64,000 bases of DNA from Macrostomum lignano. Lineage: Eukaryota. Every line of letters starts with the position of its first letter. The stretch's first letter is position 1. The stretch covers positions 806,001 to 870,000 of the forward strand of contig NIVC01000024.1 in NCBI GenBank assembly GCA_002269645.1. Reading direction: 5' to 3'. Below the pieces are notes generated by a model that did not search any database, was not told the origin of the DNA, and saw only the letters and a program-made list of their open reading frames with translations. This document shows, piece after piece, positions 30,242-42,557 of this stretch. Made by a program: the position numbers and the translations under genes.

Positions 30242-31269
30242 CGTTAGATTCCGCGTGATCTGTAAATCCCGATTTAATTGACTAACCATGCGTGACTGAC
30301 TGACAGCCATCCGAGGGATGGTTATTCAGCAAAGACTACACATTTGAAAGAAAATAAACTCTCAGTTGAACATTTTAATTGACTCAATATTTGTCTACAT
30401 GATCGAATGGTGCACAATGGTCAATGCGGTATATTCATAGTTACCCTTGTGGTGCTATATATATATAGTTGCCAGCATTCCACTCAAGACAGCGCATTAA
30501 CCTTTGTCTAGCGATTCCGAGGGTCGTGAAAAGACTTGTAAAATTTTATTCGTACCATTCATTCGCTCAGACCGGTTTAGAAGTTTGACTGTCAGCAGCT
30601 TCCACCGCGAATCCCAGGCCCTATTCAAGAACTCCAGGCATGCTAGTTATAGCGGGAGTTTGATAAGACCGGCAGACAGTTCCCGTGGTGCAAGCGGTAG
30701 AAAGGAACGCTGTTACCCCGGTATTGCTGCTGCTACTGTTGTTGCTTCCGCTGTTGCTGGAAATTCCTTTCAGACATACAGGATGTGAACAGCGGACAAA
30801 GAGTAGCTGATGGCGGAGATTCATGTCTGGCTGTGTCAGTCGGTCACCAGTAAGCCGGTTTTGTTAACTAAAAAAACGAGTACGCGACTGTCTGGGAAGC
30901 TAAGCATGAATGCGCTTTGCATGACAGCCAACATCATTCATCTTCTACTTCAGTCCCATTCTAAATTCTTTAGCGACCGGACACACCCACGCAGTGGAGA
31001 GGATGAGAAAAAATTCCTATAGACTGAGCAGCTATTCTTAGCTCAGCCGAGACGATTTTCTTTTTGGCACATTGCCAAGCAGACTAAAAAGCTTTTTTTG
31101 GCCTTTGAGGAACTTCCGCTCGTACTGTAGACTAGTGAACTTTTCTGCAACTTCAAGTTCCTAGTTTGAAGAAAGGGTTATGGTGTAGGACCTAATGATT
31201 TCAAATAAATTTGTACGAGGTACATAAGAGTAGTAGAACGATTGCAGATTGAAGTAGAATGATCGTCTT

Positions 31270-31935
31270 ATCGGAGTAGAATGGTCGTAGAACGGGGTAG
31301 AATGGTCGTTTATAGGAGTAGAATGGTCGTAGAACGGGGTAGAATGGTCGTTTATAGGAGTAGAATGGTCGTAGAACGGAGTAGAATGGTCGAAGAACGA
31401 AGTAGAATGGTCGTAGAACGGAGTAGAATGATCGTTTATCGGAGTAGAATGGTCGTCTATCGGAGTAGAATGGTCGTCCATCGGAGTAGAAGGGTCGTAG
31501 AATGGAGTAGAATGGTCGTAGAACGGAGTAGAATGGTCGTCTATCGGAGTAGAATGGTCGTCTATCGGAGTAGAAAGGTCGTCCATCGGAGTAGAAGAGT
31601 CGTAGAATGGAGTAGAATGATCGTTTATCGGAGTAGAATGGTCGTCCATCGGAGTAGAATGGTCGTCCATCGGAGTAGAATGGTCGTAGAACTGAGTAGA
31701 ATGATCGTTTATCGGAGTAGAATGGTCGTCTATCGGAGTAGAATGGTCGTCCATCGGAGTAGAAGGGTCGTAGAATGGAGTAGAATGATCGTTTATCGGA
31801 GTAGAATGGTCGTCCATCGGAGTAGAATGGTCGTAGAACTGAGTAGAATGGTCGTCCATCGGAGTAGAATGGTCGTAGAACTGAGTAGAATGGTCGTCTA
31901 TCGGAGTAGAAGGGTCGTCCATCGGAGTAGAATAG
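31270..31935. repeat. 21-bp minisatellite (GGAGTAGAATGGTCGTCCATC variants)
   Basis: Direct. Confidence 0.95.
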
Positions 31936-32201
31936 TCGTAAATTTAAACCTGAATTTCAATGAACCGCTCAGCAACTAAGTTAGGGACGTTTGAGATGCG
32001 TTCATGTTTTAAAAGATGCCAACGGTGATAATCAATCTTCCTCAATAGATATTAATAACCTCTGCAGTTTATTTATTTTGATTTAATTTTCGCTCTAACA
32101 CAGCAGAGACATAATGTCTGTTCTATTCGAAAATCAGCATTGTTAGTCGAATGATCGTGCTCTAGGTCGAGCATCTGTCTTAAGCCTCGGGATTCGAAGG
32201 C

Positions 32202-32804
32202 TTAGTTGTTCCAATTGTGAGATGACAGGTAGTAACGGCACCGGCGCTGCTGGGCCTCGTGCCACTGAGTCAGCCGGTTCAGCGGCAGGCACAGGCTGTC
32301 GATGCACTGCGTCAGGCTGTTGAAAATGAAGCCATGATCGCGCCAGTTGTTAATGTCCTTGCTCCTCAGGTGCCGGCACTTGGTCTCAATCTTCTGGAAG
32401 GACACCTCATCGTCTTGGTTTTCGAAGGCTCTGCAATTGTCAAGCATATAGAATCGATTTTGTAGTGGATGCAGGACTGACGGAGTGTCGGAGATGCAGA
32501 CGTCTTACCTGATTAGATACTGCTTGGAAGCCAGGCAGGCTTCCTTGGAGGCAGTCAGGATGTATACAGTGCTGGAATGGTCGTACCGGTCGGTGGACAA
32601 GAACAAGGCGTACTCGCAGAAGTTGGCGTAGCCGCTGCAGCTGTTCTGCGGCTGGCGCGTCCGGATGATCTCGTACTGGCCGACTATGATGTCCGGGCTG
32701 CTGTCAGAGAGGCACTCGTAGCGGTAGGCCTCCACCGTCGCCAGGCACACGAAGATGACGACAGTCAGCAGGGTCATCCGGTGCGGAATTCTACGGATTG
32801 GCAT
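32202..32804 (-). CDS. Orphan secreted cysteine-rich protein (about 174 aa); exons 32804-32509 and 32430-32202
   Basis: Signal peptide MTLLTVVIFVCLATVEA; a 78-nt GTAAG...TTGCAG intron joins two ORFs in frame; 8 mature Cys; TATAAAT at 32899-32893 and CCAAT near 32950. Confidence 0.8.
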
Positions 32805-33455
32805 GGCTGCAGAGTGGCCGCTTATTAACTGAACGGTTGCAACTTGCCACTAGGAACTAAAGAACTGAAAAAGCGGAGACTGAATCCTTGCAATTTATAG
32901 CGATAATATAGCCCGGGACTGGTTTGGCCTTTCAGTCTCTGTCAGGTCCCTGATTGGCCGAATGGGGAGCTGCGGAGACCCAGCTGATGTCGGTGTGCGT
33001 TCCCTCCCCCCTCCGGCCCACTCGCACCTGGATCAGGTAACGCCCAACCAGTTTATTTGCATATAGCTCTCATTGTCAATCGAGTATCGAGGCCTCGTTG
33101 TCGGGGAGAGAGAGGTCTGAAGTCTGTCGGAGCAAAAACATGTTTACCGGGCAAGAAAGCAGTTCTCCCTGTTCTCTTGGAGCACACCGATAATCAAATC
33201 AATACTTTGACTCTGCCGATACGGAGAAAAATATTGCTAGGCAAAAAAATCAACAGCTATCAAAAACTGCTACTTTGTTCCGTTCGAGATTTTTTATGCT
33301 TCCAGACTTTGAACAGCAAAAAACAACAAAATATATTTTTTCGAGTAATTAAGCAAAAACGGAAATTAACGTTTAGCTTTGAATATAGCTTCTCTTGTAT
33401 TGAACTGAAAGCGTTATGCTCACAAGCGAGTTATGCATTTTCGGATCAGCAGTTT

Positions 33456-36400
33456 CTAGACGTCAAACGCGTGTTGAATTCTGCAGTGTCGAAGCTGCGC
33501 CTGGTAGGGAGAGAAAACCAGGCCGCAAAGCACCGCGTTATTGTCGTAGTTGAACTCGGCTGATTTGAACTCCGGGTTGAGGACAACCTGCGAGGCGTGC
33601 TGTATACGATTTTCAAAATGACACTTGCGTCCCGGCCATTGAAATGAAAGTAACAGTAGAACCTAATCTGTCTATTGCATGATGCACTCTTGACATTTAC
33701 ATCTACCGCGACACTTGCATGACGCTCCCACACGTGTAAGATAACCTTTGCGTCACACCCATGAACAGCTGAAGGACGTTGAAGGGCGCTGCACTTTTCT
33801 TTCTTAGAAATGAGCTGGATATGTTTCGTATCGCCAGTGCATTTAGATTGTTCTCGAGTATTCAAGCTCGATATATCAAGCTCGTTTCTTAGAAAATCGA
33901 ATCTATACGAGCGTAGTGGCCTTCTACAATGCTTCAGTTTTTCATGGACACACACCGATTGTACCATGACCTTTGTGCCCGCTGGGCACTTATTCTTGCC
34001 TTTTAATGCCATAGACTACATTTAAGCCCGCTTGCAGGACTTTAAATGCTATAAACCATGGATGAAGGAATACACTGGATTGCTCATCTGAAATAGTCTA
34101 TGGTCGAGTTCTTTCCTCCAAACTTGGAATTTACCCCCCCCCCCCTAGGAATCTATTGGCTGATGAAAGTTAAAAATAATCCCCCCGTAGGACTTGACTG
34201 GCTGCTGAATCAGTCAGGGGGAATTCGAAGATCGGGGTGTGAGTTTGACTTTGAGTGTTTTCATAGAATATTGTATGTAGCAGTATGTATCAAAGCAGAC
34301 GAGCTGCAGAGAGAAGGGTGCATATACATGTAAGAAGGTAAGAGCTATTTGTCATTAATTTGAAGGAAATCCAAAGATGTATTTGATAGACTGATTCAGC
34401 AGCCAGTCAAGTCCTACGGGGGATTATTTTTAACTTTCATCAGCCAATAGATTCCTAGGGGGATAAATTCCAAGTTTGGAGGAAAGAACTCGACCACATA
34501 CTATTTCAGATGAGCAATCCAGTGTATTCCTTCATCCATGCTATAAACGTACTTTAATGCAAATTAGCGGGCAGTTAAGTATAAGATATCGGCTCGAGGC
34601 ATTTAATGACATTTAACGCCCGATTATTCTGTCCCACTTTGTCAAGGACACAAATGTGTATGGCACAATAATAATAATACCCATGCTTTAAGGGCGTTAA
34701 TGGGAAAATCAGAGGGCGCCGTTAGGCAAGTTATGATGTTATTGATGCAAGTTGCATAGCAGGGGGTATCCATCTGCCCTCCCTTCCTAGGGTCTTTTCG
34801 AGGGCCGTGGGGATGGTGCATGGGGTGGTCACCCCCTGATATGCAACTTGCATCAAAAACATCATAACTTGCCTAACGGCGCCCTCTGATTTCCCATTAA
34901 CGCCCTTAAAGCATGGGTATTACTGTACTATTCTTACATCTTACCAGTGGCGGCGCAGGGGGGGGGGGCAGGGGGGGGGCAACTGCCCCCGGGTGACCAC
35001 AGGTCACTGCCTCAAGGGGGGTGACCACCCCACCATCCCCACGGCCCTCGAAAAGACCCTAGGAAGGGAGGGCAGATGGATACCCACTGCTATGCAACTT
35101 GCATCAATGATTAAAAATGCATTTTTATAAGAATTTTCGTGTCGTACATTCGTTTTGTAAGAAGTGTGTCATAATTTGTTCGTAATTCTTTACTTTCTTA
35201 GAAAATTTGTGTTCTAATTCAAATGTTATCATTTGTTTAATTACAATTGGTAGGGGAAGAAGGTGACCACCTAACTACTGCCCCCCCCCAACCAGAGATA
35301 CTGCGGCTGTGCCGCCACCGCATCTTACATGGCACTCTTACATGAAATTTACATGACACAGACCGTCTCTTACATGTAAATTTACGTGGCATTATTTTTC
35401 ACAGAAAAAAAGTTTCGCATACATGTACATTGACACACTCCGACGCTATACATGGCAATTGTATCACACGTACATGAGTGCATGACGAACATGTCGTTTG
35501 CATGATAAAAATCTGGCGCATACACGAGACAGTTCGACACTTTTGCGTAACAACGATGAAAATTGCATGACTGTGCATAGAAACACACGCAATAACATTG
35601 CGATTTAAAGCTCACTCTAAATCGGTAAAACCCGAACGGCAGATCCGTGATGTCAATCCACTGGCAGTCCAGATCGTGCAGGTAGTTATCGCTGCAGCCC
35701 ACCGAGATGCCCTGATTGCCGGTGTCCCAGGGGTCCCTGCTGCACTGGTACTTCGGCTGCAGGCCTCCGCGGCACGAGCTGTCCTCCAGACAGAAGCTGG
35801 CCTTGTGCCCGCTGGCCAAAGCCAAATGGGTGCCATTGCGCTGCTGATAGATTTCGTAGGCTGCAAAGTACGGCATGCTGTGGTAGTGCATGTGGCAGGT
35901 GTGCCATGTCCAGCTTTCGCTGCCGTTGTAGGGCCGGTAGTCACTGGTGCCGATGTTGCTCACTATGGTGGAGAACCGGAGCAGAGTGCGAAGGGCGTAG
36001 GGCCAGTCTGCGGGTTGTTGCGGAGAAATTAAATTACCGATCTACTGTAAGTAGCAATGCGCGGCTTGTTGATTGTGATTTAATCTACTAAAATTTCATC
36101 ATCCAGCTTCGTTATGGTTTGTCTGAATAAGCTTATATTATTGCTATTTTTGTTATAGTAAGCATAGTGCACGTGTTTTAGTATTTTAACTAGCAATCTA
36201 GTGGTTAAATTGACATTAAAAAACACACATCTTCTAAAGTACCACATTTTCTTAAAATTAACATCTTTCTTCAATGTTATAAATTGAGTATTGTTTGTCT
36301 AGTTTTTAGTCTAGTGTAGCTGAACTTTATTTATTGTCATTTTTTAAATCTGTTCAACGATTTATTTATTTATGGGCTGGTTTAATTATTGCCTATAGGT

Positions 36401-39400
36401 CGCCCGTTTTTTGTTTATTGTTTGTAGAATTAAATAAGCTGTGCTGATTTATTATATAATTTAATATAAATCTAATTTCAAAAGTTCAAGTATTATTTTT
36501 TTAATAATTTTTTAATAGTTGTTTGTTCAATTTTTTAACTTTTTTGTTTTTATGTTTGTCATCCAGATAAGCACGTAAATTGCTTAATATGGCCTATTTA
36601 TTTTTAGTCCAGCTTTACCTGATTTTTACCTCGTATCGTTTTTTGTTTTGTTTAACTTTTTACGTATTTATTGGCTGGCCTATTGTTTAGCTATTTCGAC
36701 TTTGTTTTGTTGACTTTTTGGTTTATTGCCATTGTATTGAATTAAGTGCTGATTTAATTGTTGCTTTATTCAATTTGAATCCGTGCTTGTTTTTTACTGT
36801 TTAAATTTGTTTTGTTTAACTTTCTTCTTATTTATTTTTCTGCTTGTCCGGCATGGATGAATCATTCATCCATGTTGTCCGGCTTGAACGGCACATGATA
36901 ATACAAAAACTGCAATTTACTTTTATCCCGAGGAAAACCTGTGCCCCCACCTACGTGAGCTTCTATTTCGCACTTCGAAGGCAGTGCGGGCTGCGCAATT
37001 CTCCTCAAGCGCGCAGTTCATGTAGTACATCGGCACCCTGGCCACGTAAGCTGATAACTGGAGCACTCGGTGATCCAGAACGAGATCCGGCAGGTCTGCG
37101 ACGGGAATTTTTCCGGGAAATATTTTTGAAAACGATGAAAACAAATTATAAGGGATCAAAGCAGTTCAATTCTTTAGTACCCCTCTTTTTACGGGATCAA
37201 AAAAAATTAATATTTGATTCTTGCATGGTTAGGTCGTCAAATTGTTTCTATCTTTAATGTTTTTGTTTTTAAACATATATTTTCTAGATATGGTTATTTT
37301 ATAGTGTCTAAAAACCCCTATAGTACATATACGACTTAAGTCCCACCAGCTGTGCACTCAATCGCCAGCGTAAAGGTGGGCTCCAGGCAAACTGTTTGGT
37401 TTGAATGCCCAGGCCCGATGAGCTGAGCACAGTCTGACAGTCGGGCTTCTCCGCCGCGGCAGCCAGCGACTGACAGCGCGGGTGAAATTCTGGCCGAGCC
37501 CGCGATCTGGGCGGCCTCAGGCGCGACGGGGTGCTGCGAGTTGCACAAAAAGGGAAAAAATTGATACTGGAAATATTCTAGATTCGTGCCAGAAAATTCA
37601 ACACTGCTATCGAGTTGTTGCTAAGGAGAATTCCGGATTAGTATATGTTGCTAAGGAGAATCCTGGATTGGTATCTGTTGCTAAGGAGAATCCCGGATTA
37701 GTATCTCTTGCTAAGTAGAATCCCGGATTAGTATCTGTTGCTAAGGAGAATCCTGGATTGGTATCTGTTGCTAAGGAGAATCCCAGATTAGTATCTGTTG
37801 CTAAGGAGAATCCTGGATTGGTATGGGTTGCTAAGGAGAATCCCGGATTAGTATCTGTTGCTAAGGAGAATCCTAGATTGGTATCTGTTGCTAAGGAGAA
37901 TCCCGGATTAGTATCTCTTGCTAAGGAGAATCCTGGATTGGTATCTGTTGCTAAGGAGAATCCCAGATTAGTATCTGTTGCTAAGGAGAATCCTAGATTG
38001 GTATCTGTTGCTAAGGAGGATTCCAGATTGGTGTCTATTGCTAAGGGGAATCCCGGATTGGTATCAGTTGCTAAGGGGAATCCCAGTGTAGTATCTGTTG
38101 CTAAGGTGTGTTCTCAAGACAAAGAACTTTTGGCCAAACTCTCAGCAGGTTTTGACTATTGCCACGACGCGCTCTCACAAACAAACTCAAGCCATCGATC
38201 CTTTTATATTTAATTTCTAAATGTCACACAAAAGATTGGGGTGGGGCTGAGATTGCATGTACACTAAGCGACAATGGGGGGCGGGGCCCGGGGACTTACA
38301 TATCTCCGATATACAGAAATGAGACCTATAACTATATTAACTCTAATCAACAGAAAAACATACATACAAAGCCTACGCAACAAGGAGAATCCCGGTTTGG
38401 TATCTGTTGCTAAGGAGAATCCTGTATTGGTATCTGTTGCTAAGGAGAATCCCGGATCAGTGTCTGTTGCTAAGGAGAATCCCGGATTGGCATCTGTTGC
38501 TAAGGAGAATCCCAGATTAGTTGCTAGCTTGCCAAACAAAATGTGTTAACATCAGTTTGCGCACCTTCCAGACGGTTCTGGCAGCGCCCAGGCCGAGCTC
38601 TCGGCAGGCAACGCTGGCCTCGCGTAGCGTGACGTAACTGTCCGCACAAAGCCCATCTGCTGGCGCTTGAAGACTGCTGCTGCTACCGTTAAAAACTACC
38701 AACACTATTCCGCTGGTTGTTCGATTATCAGAATCACTGCTGCCATTTTCTGCTTTTAGAGGCACCAGTTTGAGTTGATAGGACGGCTGCAGAGAGTTCA
38801 AAAGTTAATAATGCAACTGACATTGCTTAGGTTCGCTTCGGTTTGCTTCAGGTTTTGATTTAACTTTTAAGTCTTCTTTAGAGTCTAATTTGGCGCTTAC
38901 TTCTGAGTCTACTTTGGAGTGTACCTTGGAGTCTACTTCTTAGTGTACTTCTCAGTCTATTCCTGAGTCTAACTTGGAGTCTGCTTTAAAGGTGTCAACT
39001 AATTAGTCTACTTCTTAGTCTTCTTATTAGTCTTCTTATTAGTCTACTTATTAGTCTACTTATTAGTCTACTTCTTAGTCTACTTATTAGTCTACTTATT
39101 AGTCTACTTATTAGTCTACTTCTTAGTCTACTTATTAGTCTACTTATTAGTCTACTTATTAGTCTACTTCTTAGTCTACTTCTTAGTCTACTTATTAGTC
39201 TACTTATTAGTCTACTTCTTAGTCTACTTCTTAGTCTACTTATTAGTCTACTTCTTAATCTACTTATTAGTCTACTTATTAGTCTACTTATTAGTCTACT
39301 TCTTAGTCTACTTCTTAGTCTACTTATTAATCTACTTAATATTCTACTTATTATTCTACTTATTATTTTACTTATAAATCTACTTCTTAGACTACTTACT

Positions 39401-41279
39401 ATTCTACTCATTATTCTACTTATTAGTCTATTTATTAGTCTACTAATTAGTCCACGTCGAAGTATATTTTTCTCAGTCTAATTCGGAGTTTAACTCTAAG
39501 TTAACCGCCGAGTCTATGTCGGAATCTACAGTTGATTCTACTGCTGGCTTTAATTACGGACTGTAAAAAATGGAGTCAATTTAAAAATCCGCGTCCACCC
39601 TACTAAAAGTAGTTTAAAAGCCTTTTCCGGTTTCTAAGGTTTGCGAAACTTGCAAAACGATCAGAAAAGTCAGAGGCTGTTGATGTAAAGGCATGACTCA
39701 CCTTAGTCGAACTTGCGAGAGTGTTCTCAGTGTTCTCAGGCCGCCGCCAGCTGTTCAGTTCGACAACTCTGCCGGCAGCTGAGCAGCGAACTCCGGCGGC
39801 TTCTCCGACTTCGCAGTTGTGCTGACCGGGTGAGCGGCTGCGGCACTGGCTGAGGTCGGCCTCCGACCCCGAGCAGCGAACATCGTCGAGTAGGATTTGC
39901 CGTCCTGGTTTCGAGACATTCCGTAAAATGTTTCGCAAAGCCCCTGGTTCTGGCGCCACTGGTGCTGCTAAATTGCCATTGGTGCTAAAGCCTCTGGTGC
40001 TAAAGCCACTGGTGCTAAAGCCTCTGGTGCTAAAGCCTCTGGTGCTAAAGCCTCTGTTGCTAAAGCCTCTGGTGCTAAAGCCCCTGGTGCTAAAGCCCCT
40101 GGTGCTAAAGCCCCTGGTGCTAAAGCCTCTGGTGCTAAAGCCCCTAGTGCTAAAGACATTGGTGCTAAAGCCCCTGGTGCTAAAGTTCCTTGTGCTAAAG
40201 CCCCTGGATAAAGCCACTTGTGCTAAAGCCCCTGGCTAAAGCCAGTGGTGCTAAAGCAACTGGTGCCAAAGCCCCTAGTGCTAAAGCCACTGGTGCTAAA
40301 GTCCATGGTGCTAAAGCCCCAGGTGCTAAAGTCCATGGTGCTAAAGCCACTGGTGCTAGGGCCCCAGGTGCTAAAGCCCCTGGTGCTAAAGCCATTGGTG
40401 CAAAAGCCCCTGGTGCTAAAAGTTCCTTGTGCTAAAGCCCCTGGATAAAGCCAGTGGTGCTAAAGCCCCTGGCTAAAGCCAGTGGTGCTAAAGCCGCTGG
40501 TGCTAAAGCCTCTGGTGCTAAAGCCTCTGGTGCTAAAGCCTCTGGTGCTAAAGCCCCAGGTGCTAAAGTCCATGTTGCTAAAGCCACTGGTGCTAGGGCC
40601 CCAGGTGCTAAAGTCCATGGTGCTAAAGCCACTGGTGCTAGGGCCCCAGGTGCTAAAGCCCCTGGTGCTAAAGCCATTGGTGCTCGGGCCCCAGGTGCTA
40701 AAGCCCCTGGTGCTAAAGCCATTGGTGCAAAAGCCCCTGGTGCTAAAGCCATTGGTGCAAAAGCCCCTGGTGCTAAAGCCATTGGTGCAAAAGCCCCTGG
40801 TGCTAAAGCCATTGGTGCAAAAGCCCCTGGTGCTAAAGCCATTGGTGCAAAAGCCCCTGGTGCTAAAGTTCCTTGTGCTAAAGCCCCTGGATAAAGCCAC
40901 TGGTGCTAAAGCCCCTGGTGCTAAAGCATCCCGAGCTACATGCAGGTGCTCTGCTCTCACCTCTCAGATCTGTCTGAAACTTGTTGGCCACAGTGTACTG
41001 GAGAGCCGGACCGAACCCCAGCTGCTTGCAGACAACATCAGCGCTCGCAGTGCTCCAGCCGTCGTCGCAGAGCAGACCCCAAAGGCTCCAAGCCTGAGAC
41101 GCATTATTCAAGCGTCGAAATCGCAGCATGACGGTGCCCTCCATCGAGGTGTGCCCATCAATCAGTTTGATTTGCATTTCAATTGAATCTCGACTCTCCT
41201 TCCCTGGTAGTCCGTTTGCATTCAATAAAAGCACACACGGAAATAGCGTCGTTAATATTACCAGCAAGATGACTTTCAT
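33456..41279 (-). CDS. LOXL2: Lysyl oxidase-like protein with two SRCR domains; exons 41279-40961, 39967/39964-39702, 38786-38565, 37533-37347, 37095-36955, 36007-35616, 33587-33456
   Basis: Signal peptide; SRCR motifs (WGLLCDDGW...VVCKQLGF; LDDVRCSGSEADLSQC); LPDLVLD; copper site WTWHTCHMHYHSM; GHKASFCLED; DNYLHDLDCQWIDITD; last exon VVLNPEFKSAEFNYDNNAVLC. All phases consistent. The symbol denotes the LOXL2/3/4 class. Confidence 0.92.
34057..34540. mobile_element. Long-TIR MITE with 8-bp TSD
   Basis: About 160-bp inverted termini CATGGATGAAGG...CCTTCATCCATG; TSD CTATAAAC at 34049-34056 and 34541-34548. Confidence 0.9.
34675..34922. mobile_element. Palindromic MITE (possible TA target)
   Basis: About 80-bp inverted termini TAATACCCATGCTTTAAGGGCG...CGCCCTTAAAGCATGGGTATTA. 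Confidence 0.8.
34945..35320. mobile_element. hAT-type MITE
   Basis: TIR CAGTGGCGGCGCAG...CTGTGCCGCCACCG; 8-bp TSD CATCTTAC at 34937-34944 and 35321-35328. Confidence 0.85.
37615..38525. repeat. 30-bp minisatellite (GTTGCTAAGGAGAATCCCGGATTAGTATCT) in two blocks, 37615-38110 and 38380-38525
   Basis: Direct; LOXL intron. Confidence 0.92.
38990..39450. repeat. 12-bp repeat (TTAGTCTACTTA)
   Basis: Direct; LOXL intron. Confidence 0.92.
39975..40930. repeat. 15-bp repeat (CTGGTGCTAAAGCCC) with higher-order blocks
   Basis: Direct; fills LOXL intron 1. Confidence 0.93.
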
Positions 41280-42081
41280 GTCTTGAATTGCATTTAAAGC
41301 TTTCATTAATTTGCTGGTACAGTGTATTTGAGAGACTCATACTAGAAGTCTAAGAAGCAGTAGTTTTCTACTAAATAAGTACCTCTTGCCACTCCGAAAT
41401 AGCAGTTTTTATACGTTATAAAAAGCTGCCATTGTAACAGACAATTGGGGTGGGTTTTTGCACCGGTCAGACAGACTAATAGGAATGTGATGACAACATA
41501 GCTGCTCTCTGCCAGTGTGCAGTGCAGTCTGAAGAAGCTGCATGTCTGCCTGCTCAGAAGCCGCACCCCTAGCTACGAGTATACTGTAAAAATGAGAGTA
41601 TAAAAATTGTCTACGAGTGTTTGCTGTAAAATTGACAAATTTAGCCGCTGACAAAGCTAGCCGCCATGCGACAGTCAGTGTTGTACTAAATAATAGGCCT
41701 GCAATATCATGTAACCGTAGATGCCTTGCCTGAATATTTGTCCATATAGAACCTTTTTCTCTGTACCCGATCGCTTTAAATTTTATCCTAGGGTTAATAT
41801 AATAACAAAAAAGATTGAGCTGCCGGGTTTACAAAGAGGTCACGGCGCAGCGTATTAACAGTCTGTTCAGCTTCATGCACATAGTACAACATGCGCATAT
41901 GGTGTATACAGTACATGCTCACATGTACATGTACATGTACATGTGAATTCGCATAATACATATATATATACAGATGTATTATAATATTTGATCTGATCTG
42001 CGCCTTCCCTTCTCGGTTATCCGCGAGCACTTGTGCGCTAGGACTCTTAGTCCTCTGCGTCGCTATACTCTGTACTACTAC

Positions 42082-42557
42082 CAGGGGCGTCGCGATGGAT
42101 TTTATGGTGGGGGGACTAAAGCCAACAATTACACATGTACCTGTACATGTACATGACTAAATTCCTACATTTCAATATTTTCAGAATAAGTTTTCAGCGC
42201 TCAATTTAGCGCCGCGTGCACTCATTTTAACGCCGCAGACACTCATTTTAGCGCCGTTATAGGCCCTCATTTTAGCGCCGCAGGCACTCATTTTGACGCC
42301 GCAGACACTCATTTTAGCGCCGTTATAAGGCCCTCATTTTAGCGCCGCAGGCACTCATCTAAGCCCCGCAGGCACTCATTTTGGCGCCGCAGACACTCGT
42401 TTCAGCGCCGCAGGCGCTATGTTTTGTCGCCTTGCAGCAAAATTATTTCCGTAACGGGTCACAAAAAAGTGGTGTGGGGGGACAAAAGCATTGGCACGTC
42501 CCCCCAAATATTTTACTGGGGAGGGGGGACATGCCCCCCCCGTTGGCGACGCCCCTG
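42082..42557. mobile_element. hAT-type MITE with internal CACTCATTTTAGCGCCG repeats
   Basis: TIR CAGGGGCGTCGC...GCGACGCCCCTG; 8-bp TSD ACTACTAC at 42074-42081 and 42558-42565. Confidence 0.9.

Noticed and set aside
30545-30800. Short Gln-rich minus-strand reading with a downstream AATAAA
   Set aside because: Interrupted by a stop, very short, no splice or homology support.
33600-34012. 188-aa minus-strand ORF 33446-34012 as a transposase fragment or separate gene
   Set aside because: Its 3' part overlaps the true last LOXL exon in another frame; the rest is intronic with no motif I can identify.
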